Shown piece by piece: positions 54,163-64,000 of a stretch of DNA of 64,000 nucleotides; position 1 is the first letter of the stretch; each line of letters begins with the position of its first letter. The stretch lies in the NCBI RefSeq assembly GCF_009914755.1, contig NC_060947.1; one strand, 5' to 3'. The notes beneath the pieces were generated by a model, which was given only the letters and a program-made list of their open reading frames with translations, made no database searches and was not told the DNA's origin. Position numbers and translations under genes: made by a program. Origin of the DNA: the human T2T-CHM13v2.0 reference genome, Homo sapiens.

Positions 54163-55119
54163 ACCCAAGTTGAAAGGTAAAGCCTCCTGTAACAGGAACG
54201 GCCAATTCCGTCATGTTGAAGAGAGGTATAATCCAGACCTGAGAAACCCGTGCTACTTTTCAAATTCCTCCTGAACAAAGAAGTAAATCCTTTGCCAACT
54301 CAAAATGGCAATGTCACCCCTTACACCCACAGTTGCAAAATTACAACATTTTATATGTCTTTAGTGACAAAATTCTAAACCCAGAAAATTATGCAATGAT
54401 ATTATGTTCTTCTGTGCTTCTTTGTCCCTCTGGATTTGTGTTTGATTCTATGAGTCTTTATTTCCTTTACCCTGTATTGTATTTTTGTGGGGTTCTCCAT
54501 GTAAATTCTTAGTGCTATGTCTTACTATGTCCCTCTGTTATCTCATGCTTCCCCAATTCCTTGTCTCTCTTAACTGACCCAAATTCAAAGCCAATAAACA
54601 TTTATTTATTTTCACATTTGTTAACTCAGCTGAAAATATAGAGATTTGGGAGTCATCTTAGGAAAAGTGAGTTTTGAATCCACTGAGTTTCACTAAAGGC
54701 TTGTGAAAGCAGTAGAATTACATCACAAATTTTACATACACTAATACCACACAGAAAATATGTTCAAGGAAGTCTACTTATTGGATTAGGCCACTTTAAT
54801 TGCAGTATCAGGACTCACCCTGTGGCTATTGGCCATACACCTGGGTGTGAAATCTGTACACTGGAAGTAGTTGGGACACTCACTGAATACATGCACCGGA
54901 AGGGCATAAAGGCTCTTAAAGGCAGAGAATGCAACTCAACAGCTTGGCTAAAACATTTCTTTTATGAGTTACCTACCCAGTTCAGAAACATAAACAAATA
55001 CTGGTTCATTCAGAAAGAAGAATGGATTCCACCCCATATTCTAACCACAAGTCAAAAAAATGAAATAAAAATAACCTCCCCAGAAAATATAATTGAATAA
55101 GAGACACAAGAAAAATATT

Positions 55120-55760
55120 TGACTTTGCCAGCAATTAAAAATGAAAAATAACCATTTTTCACCTCCCAAGTTAGAATACCACATTCACTCTCAATTTGAA
55201 AAAGATTGATAAAGCAAAGGATGCTATTAAGTGATCCCAACAGTGTGATAAAACAAAGCTGGCTGGAAGAGTAATTGGTAAAGTACTTGAGAAAAACAAT
55301 TTGGCAGTATCTGTCAAAAACATTAAACTGTCCATATTTTAAAATCAGGAATTATTACCTTATGAGTCAATCCTAAGGAAGAATACCAAATATGGGAAAA
55401 AGTAATTATTTCTGAATATCTTTAGTGCACTGTCATTTATAATAACAACACACACACATAATACATAACGTCCAATAGTCTGGTATTAGTTAAGTAGGTT
55501 TTGGTATGCCTTATTTGACGTTACTTAAATTATGTTCATAAAGACTGTAATAATATGGAAAATGCTTATAATAGAAAATCAGGTGAAAAGATAAAAAATC
55601 GTGTCTATACTATGACAGCAAATATAAATGTGTGGTACACGTGTGCGCACACACACATAGCCAAAATAAATGAATATATTTTCAAGAGGCTGGAAAAAAT
55701 ATATACCCAAAGTTAAGAGTGGTTGTCTTTAAATGGTAGGTCTTTAAAATGAACTTATAA
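55120..55760 (+). mobile_element. Old L1ME-like fragment
   Basis: aacaatttggcagtatctgtcaaaa...aagagtggttgtct. Confidence 0.55.
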
Positions 55761-57189
55761 AAATAATTATAATTCACCCAGAATTAGTCAAAAAACCCCT
55801 ATTTAGTCATGATACTACATGGGCAATTTCATTTACTGGACTATTTCCTGAATTATCTTCACAACTGATCAACTTTCTTTGTAAATTTATACTTTTGAGA
55901 TCCCTAAATTAAGCACTTAGTCACATAATTGCAAACTTCTCTATAAATCACAGTCCACCTTCCTTGATATTGCTACTAACCTTCTCTATTTCAGAAAAAT
56001 AATGGATACAAGTAAATTGATAGAAATGCCATCCCAAAGTCAACTACTTGGTATTTTATGAAATTTACTTCAATTACAAGCTAATGATCAGATTGGGAGA
56101 TGGAGAGAAAGATGCATATTATTTTTTCAAGGCTAGGGAGCTATTTCTTTTAATTGCTGTTTTAACACCACCAATACATCTCTATTAGATTACAGTGTAA
56201 ATCTTGGAATTTAATAACATTGTTTATATTATGCTTTTTAAACTGATGAATACAACATAATTATTGTTCATCAATTAAGGGACTGAACTTGGCATCACTA
56301 TCTGTAACTCTAGGCTAAGGAGAATACTTACTACATGTTAAACATAATGTCAAAATATATGTATATATAAATATATTCATGTAAGTAAACGCATTTCATA
56401 TATGCACACATTAAATATATACGTATTTTCTCTAGTTGGAGTTTTCATGTGAAGCATTTTGTTTATTTTATAAACATATAAATATATATACAATACATAC
56501 ATACATTATCTGTATACGTATATATGATATTACTTACCAAATGCTTACTGTTTAGGATAATTGTTTTGGATAATCATTTTCTTAGTGATAAATGTTTTAG
56601 CTTCATTGGTCTTGTGAGACACATTTATGAATGTGTCTTAATTTCCATTTAGTTTGCATTTCATTCCTGGAAGCTTACCTTGTTTCACATTATTTTCCAG
56701 GAATACCTACAATCCAGGAAACAATCACCTCAAACAATGGATGGATAAACTTTGATGAGTGGATTTATTCCTGCCAATATGATATCTTATTTGGGCTTTG
56801 GGATTAACTACATAGAGGAGGTTTAGGTTTGATTTCAACACTCAAGATGGCCCAGAGTCAGCTTTTAAAGGACGGGAAGGGTATGGCTTGGCATGGTACA
56901 TGGATGCTCTACTTAATGTTTGGAACTGGGTCAGAACTAGACAGAACTGGGTCAGCCTCAGGACAGCATCTTACCTAAAGAAGCTGAACAGGCTAAGAGT
57001 TTTTCCCAAAGGATCTCTCCCAGCACCAACCATCTCAGAAAAGCATATGAGAGACACAGGCAACCCAGTAATCCAGGCATCTCTACCCTCTATCCAGGAG
57101 GCAGCACAAAATGATGGCTTTGTAGGTGTACCTGCACTATGTGACATTCAGTAAATCACTGCAGATCGTACTTTAAAATCTTAAGAGGG

Positions 57190-57790
57190 TGATCCTCAAA
57201 AGGTTAAACAAAGAGTTACCTTATGATCTAGCAGTTTCGCTCCCGGGTATATACCGAAGAGAAATAAAAATATCTCCACACAAAAACTTGTACAAGAATG
57301 TTCATAGCAGCACTATTCATAATAACCAAAAAGTGGAAACAACCCAAATGTCCATCAACTAATTAAAAGATAAACAAATTATGGCACACCCATATTATAG
57401 AATATTATTTGGCCTTAAAAAGGAATGAAATATTGATACATGCTACCACATGGATGAATCTTGAAGACATGATGCTAAATGAAAGAAGCCAGACACAGAA
57501 GGTCACACAGTGTTTGATTCTATTTGTATAAAATGTTCATAATTGGCAAACATCTAGAGACAGAAAGTAGATTAATGGTTGTAAGGAGCTGAGGGACTGA
57601 CGGTGGTGATGGGGAATGAGGAATGACTGCTAAGGGATGTGGAGTTTTCTTTTAGGGAAACAAAAATGTTCAAAAATTACATTGGGGTGATGATCATAAG
57701 ACCCTGTGAATCTATGAAAATCCACTGAATTGTACATTTGAAATGGGTGAATTGTATGTGAATAATATCTCAACAAAGCTATTATTTAAA
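57190..57790 (+). mobile_element. L1MB-type 3' end
   Basis: cacacaaaaacttgtacaagaatgttcatagcagc...gagacagaaagtagattaatggttg. Confidence 0.88.
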
Positions 57791-58614
57791 AATCTTATGA
57801 AGATAAAATTTTAGAACTCAATAAGATTGATTATTGTCATTACTTTTTCAAGTGATTCAGAGGTTTTCATGAAAAATGTTGTAGCAGGTATTGTCGATGT
57901 TATACCCATATTCCCTCCTCATTCACTTCTACGAACAACCATTGTTTATTTGAACTACAGTGACTGACTCTTTGCCCAAAAGCTTTTTTTTTTTTTTTTC
58001 TGGCTGCAGGCGCTAAGGTAGTTCACACAGGTCTGTCAGACAAGAGGAAGGACCCCTAAAAGTGAATTTTAAAATATATTTGGAAGAATGATCAAAAGTT
58101 ACCTAGGTCAGGGGTGGGAGGGAGGAGAACTAGGAAGACTACACGTGACAGAAGCAGGTACAAAGGCCAGAGGTTGCAGATTATTCGAGAACTTCAAAGT
58201 GGATCAGTGTAGCTACAGGCCCTAGGAAGAGCCACGGGAAACAAGGCATCCGAAGTAGGCCAAGTTCAGGTCTGCAGTGTTTCTGGGCCATAACCATCAT
58301 TTCAGACTTTATCCTGGGGGTAATGGAGGGCCATGGAAAGATCTGAAGCAGAAGAGTAAATCTCATGAGATTTACATTTTAGAAAAATTGCCCTTCCAGG
58401 AGAAACGTGTGAAAGGAAATACACCAGGCTGTTAACACAGGTCACCTCAGGAGGGCAGGAATGAGGTGAAGTTCGACAAATATTTAGCTTTGTCTTTGAA
58501 CAACTTTGTTTGCTTCACTTCTGACAATAAATATGTTTTGTGACTAAAAAATATCCAATCTGCTTTTTCCCAATTCACAAGTTGTACTTCCTTTATTGTA
58601 AGAATGAACTAGAA

Positions 58615-58945
58615 GGATGAACCTTGAGGATATTATGCTAAGTGAAATAAGCCGGACACAAAAGGACACATTCTGTATGATTCCACTCATATAAGAACTG
58701 AGAGCAGTCAAATGCATAGAGACAGAAAGTAGAATGATGGTTGCCAGGGGCTGGGGAAGAAGGGAATGGGGAGTTATTGCTTAATGCGTACAGAGTTTCT
58801 GTTTGAGAAGATGCAACGGTTCTGGAGATGGATGGTGGTGATAGTTGTGCAACAATGTGAATGTACTTAATGCCACTAAACTGTACACCTAAAACAGTTA
58901 ATACAGTAAATTGTACATTAGGTATATTTTACCATAATAGAAAAA
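58615..58945 (+). mobile_element. L1MB-type 3' end nested in an L2
   Basis: ggatgaaccttgaggatattatgctaagtgaaataagcc...ctggagatggatggtggtgat. Confidence 0.88.
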
Positions 58946-59059
58946 CAGAATGGACTGGAGAAGGGCTAGACCGAATGATGGGACACAAATGAGCAGACTC
59001 TGGGAACTACAGTGGTCCACGTGAGGAACACCAGATCCAGAAGGGGCATGGAGACAGTT

Positions 59060-59368
59060 AAGTGGTTACCACTGTGGGCAACTGTGGGGAAATCTGGGAG
59101 ACAGTGTGGAACACACTTTAGCTATCCTAAGAGATGAGGAAGATGGGTTACTTATCCATCAAATCATGTTAGTCACAGACTCATGGCTGCTTTTCGGGGG
59201 GCATTAGCCCCACCCGCACTGCTCACCTGCCTGGGTTTGAGCCAAGAGGAGCTCCAGTGGCCAGAGAAAGCCTGCAGGCAAAAACTTGCATCAGACAGAG
59301 GCCTTAAGTTCATGTGTATGAAAATAAGTGCCAAGGAGATTTGGTAGGATCCCTGCAATGTCTGCTAC
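59060..59368 (-). mobile_element. ERVL LTR33/41-like fragment
   Basis: ccagagaaagcctgcaggca...gtctgctaca. Confidence 0.5.
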
Positions 59369-61053
59369 AAATGTCAAGACTCTTGGCTGGAAACCTGGCC
59401 AGAATATGGTTCCACTTCCTGAAACCGGAAACATTGGTGGCCAAAGAAGAAGGAGCAGGCAAAGGAAGGGAGCTGGCAAAGGAGACTGGTGGAGCACTAG
59501 CGATTTAGGAGGGAAGCAGGAAATTGTACTATCATGGGAGTGATGAGAAGTGACGTTTTAGAATGCCCAGTTAATACATAGCCCAAGAAACTAGAAATTA
59601 TTTTCTTAGATCATGGAAAGTATTTTAGAAAACAGTATTAGTTAAATAACAGTTTATAGGCTTTAAACACCTCATACTGCACTGTACTACAAAATTCAAA
59701 TGTCAAAGATGGAAAAAACAATATTCAACTAGACAAGAGTATGAGATAAGTGTTTCCACTCCTCATCTCTTTCTTTCCTTTCACTTAATGTGTGAATTAT
59801 ACAAACCAATATACTGTACAGACCACCTTATAGGAACGCTGTATTTGTTGAGTTAAAAATTAACATTCCTTTTCTTATCATGCGTACAAGAATTATATGT
59901 AACCAAAGTCCTTTAGAAATACCAGGCAGATATTGCTGTTATTATATTTTGCACATGTATTTTGTTTGTTCTTCACATACAGCTATAATTACAAAATTGA
60001 ATAAGCTCCCATTTAAAAAATCACTTGCAGATATCATTTTTCACCTGCCATTGAGATCTTCATTGCATTTTAAAAATATTGAAAAATGATGCTAAAATTT
60101 ATATATAGGATGTATCATTTAAAAGCTGGTTTAAATTCTAAGTGCTAATATTTCTTTTTTAAAATCCCTTTTTTCCCTAAGAAAAAGTATTCAAACATCT
60201 TTACACATAAACATATATTCAATGGAATTTTAAAATTCACTAATGCCTTTAATTTTAAAGATTAATTTTAAATGTATTCTGAAGCAACCTTTAAACCTAC
60301 AGACTCCTTTCAAAGGAATTTATCTATGGGGAAGGAAGCCAGATTTTATAAAATATCTGTTTGGCGAAATATATTTTTTAAAGAACACAATAGGAGAAAA
60401 GAAATGCTTTCCTATTTTCATCAGCTTCTGCTAGTTTTCTGATCACAAACTAAAACCCAGAAATAAAGCAAGTGCACACCCCAAATGATTTTTCTTCTAC
60501 ATGCAAAATGCTTTTACCTTTCCTACTTACTGTCATCTCAACCTCTTTGTATTTTTCCCCATTTCTCAGACCTGTCCACTGGAAGCTCAATACTGTGGAC
60601 TGGCCAACTGATTTATCTACAGAAAACTCATTTCCCCCTTGGACACATTCTCTATGAAATCAGAGAGAAAGGAACAAGGGGAGAGAAGCAGGACACGGGT
60701 GGTATATTTTGGATGTTCTGCCTTTTATCAACTAGGACCATGTGATTTCCTTTCAGACACTGACGGTTCCTGTGTGCAGCCCAATTTCTGATAACATAAA
60801 AGGCAAGTATGATATTTTACTTATACCCCTTATAAGGCCAGGAATATCATACCACCCATGAATAAAACTAAAAAAGCTAGCAGAGGACAGAGACTTGGAA
60901 AGCAAAGCCAAAGTGATCTTAGCATCCATTCTAACTTTGTCCAAAGGTAAAGCTCTTTCACGGCACCGAGAGGCTTCTTTCATTTAAAAAGTACATTTTT
61001 GTGCATGCACCAAAAATAAATAAGCACAGAAAACGTAATTTCACATCAATTCT

Positions 61054-61081
<28 letters not shown>
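61054..61081. repeat. (TG)n microsatellite
   Basis: Read directly. Confidence 0.95.
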
Positions 61082-61085
<4 letters not shown>

Positions 61086-62720
61086 TGTTGAACTGGAACC
61101 TGATTATTCATTCCTAGCACTTAGCACACAGGAGGCATTCAGTTAATGTTTTCTAAATGATAGCCTCGTAGCAGACAGACGGGGATAGAATGGCATGTTG
61201 CCGGCAAAGATTTCGGGTAGATAGTAAATATATGAGGCTGAATCACAGGGTTGAAAACTAGCCCGCAATTTCCTTTTACAGACCCTTCCATAAACAATGT
61301 GCTTTTTCTTTTTCAGTCAGAGAACAGAATTCTCAAAGTGCTAATGGTATCATAACACTAATGGTCTAGCTGCATAAAGTGTAGTTTGATGGGGTGTGGG
61401 AAGGACAAGATCTCTCTCTCTCTATTATAATTTGTTTTGGAATAGAACAAAGTGCTGTTCCCACTGGACTTTAAATAACGCTAAATTTTGTACACCCTCT
61501 GACTTTTTTCTATGCTTTTCTAATCATCTTCAAGAAAAACAGCTGGGAGATAAAGGCTGCCTATGTCTCCCAACTGCTTTGCATTGCTGTAGTTTGAGCA
61601 CCTTGCTTTGGTTCCCCTCCCCAGCCTGCTGTACATCACTCACATAGCAAATCAGCAGTTGAGGGGTTAGCTCCCCAGTGACCTGCATGCAATTTTAACA
61701 GAGACCTGCTTAGAATCTTTAGGACCCCAAAGTGTATGATTCCTGCCTTTCTCAATAAAACAGAGGGACTTTTCTGCCAATCTCTAAACTTAGATTAAAT
61801 GGATAGTTGTCTCTTCTGCCCTGTTGTAAAACCAATAGCAGATTAGTAAATAGAAAATAAAATGAAAGAAAATCATTTTTCTGACTCTTACATCATTTTT
61901 TGAATCACATAGAAAATTAAATCTCTGGACATGCTGATTCAAAATGTTGCAACTCATTTAAAAAATGGTTATTTCCAAGTAGCACATATCAAAAGGTTCA
62001 TCGTCAAAACCCTACAGAACACCCCCTCACAATCATGATTTCCTATCTTTCTAGTTCACCTGCTCAAATTGCTCTAATATAAATGTTCTTTAATGACACA
62101 AAGACCTCCAATCTATTAACATCTCCATTTGAATCTATGAACCAGCTTGCTCCCTCACAACTTCCCTTTCTCCCTTATCCATCAAGAACTCCATTGTCCA
62201 TTTTTTTTATAATCACTTTCAGCATTTTCAACACCCTGTGAGAAATCCTACAGGAAGCTGCATAAAATGGTCACAGGATAAGGGAAAGAATAGAGGTGTG
62301 TGCCAACAGCACTATTTTTCCAAGAACCCAGAATCTGAGCTGGATCCAAAATGGTGGCTTGGAATAGATGGACAGCGTCCAAACTTCTGTATCCAGTCTT
62401 CACAGATTAGGGCTGTTTCATAATTTCTCTCTTGGCTGTACTGCCACGGATTCCTCCAGTAAAAGAAGGAATCCATATTTTGAGCACTTCCAGATCGGAG
62501 GCTCTAAATTTCAGCTCTGAATCAGCACACAGAGTGGTAAGAGATTGGGATTCCCCAGAGAGTGTTTGGGCCAGCATAGTGATCAACCTCTACCTTTCAC
62601 CCTTACTTGGGGGCTCTCAGGGCACCAAAGAGTGCTTATCCAGAACTGATGAGACTAAGCACCGTCTCCAGGCCCTACCGGCCTCTTGCATCCTTGGTGG
62701 AGGCCATTAAAGAACATGGG

Positions 62721-63054
<334 letters not shown>

Positions 63055-63150
63055 TCATGCCCTTTAATTGCTTCTTCCTCCAACTGTCTGAAACTTCATG
63101 ATTAGAACATCTTGTGACACGCTGAGCAAAAATGCTGTTCAGTCATCCTC

Positions 63151-63502
63151 TGTCTAGCTTAGGGTCCCCTGGTAAGCAGCCTCTGAGATGGGTTTGCATA
63201 TAGAAGCTTTATCGGGGTTCAACATGTATGAAGAAAGGAAGCAGGATTGGGCAAAGGAAGGAGTTGAACTGAGAGATGCAAGCACAACAGAGAAATCAAT
63301 CAGTCCTACAGTGAACTCTCAGGCTAATGTGGCCTTTCAGAGTTATCCTGGATTGAAGCAAGAGGGTACGAAGGCCTGGGTTAGTCAGCTCCCTTCAGTC
63401 AAGGGTGACTTTCAGAGAGGGACTTGGCTGTGAGCCAGCAGCAGCCAACACTCTCAGCAGGTCCTGAAGGTAGTGGGACAGCCTACTATAACATCCACTA
63501 TA
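63151..63502 (-). mobile_element. ERVL LTR16/33-like LTR
   Basis: agggtcccctggtaagcagcctctgagatgg...cagcagccaacact. Confidence 0.6.
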
Positions 63503-63789
63503 CAAAGAGTGAAAGTGAAATTTCAACACTCTATGTACATTAGAATATAGATTTAAGTTCCAACTACTTAAAGCTATATTTCAAGGAAGAACATTTGAAT
63601 TTGCTGGTTACCTCTCCAGTAAATTCCATTGCCAAATCCTCCTTCAGGGCCTCTGAGGCCCTTGAGGTGAAGCTGCTGTCCTCCTCTTCTCTGTCTCATC
63701 TGATCCAGATAAGCATGTCTTTCTCAGCACCCACCACCCCTCAGAACATTCACCTGTACATGTCTGCCTCCTTCTGCTTGGTGTACCCC

Positions 63790-63900
63790 TGAAAGATGGG
63801 CACATGTATTACCCATCTGTGTATTCCCACACCTAGCCCAATGTTTGGTAAATAGGGCACTCGATAAGGGTTTATTGAATGACTGAATCAACGAATGAAC
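63790..63900 (+). mobile_element. L2 3' end
   Basis: gtattcccacacctagccca...ttgaatgactgaat. Confidence 0.7.
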
Positions 63901-64000
63901 AAATTTCTTTTTCTCCCTGCAGAAACAATGACATAGGGAAATACATTTGATGAAACGAGGACAACTCTTTTAGTGCACACCCTTATGTGTATTTATCATC

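Overview
This is primate, most likely human, genomic DNA from inside the monoamine oxidase B gene (MAOB, X chromosome), which runs on the minus strand. Only two coding exons are present: exon 2 (35888-35982, 95 nt) and exon 3 (31088-31225, 138 nt). The rest is the 3' part of intron 1 (>28 kb), all of intron 2 (4662 bp, with the known (GT)n microsatellite) and the 5' part of intron 3 (>31 kb). The introns are dense in Alu, L1, L2, MIR, ERVL/MaLR LTRs, DNA-transposon fossils and microsatellites, and nearly all other ORFs in the track are repeat-derived noise. I see no new multi-gene system. The most unusual structure is a 568-bp TSD-flanked L1PA in intron 2 whose 5'UTR is fused directly to the last ~38 bp of L1. 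On the MAOB strand it carries a strong splice donor and an ATG in frame with exon 3. Other leads are a possible exon 2-3 circular RNA, two NRF2/sMAF-type ARE motifs, an atypical exon 3 acceptor and several odd retrotransposon insertions. Repeat subfamily names come from recalled consensus sequences, and boundaries of old elements are approximate.
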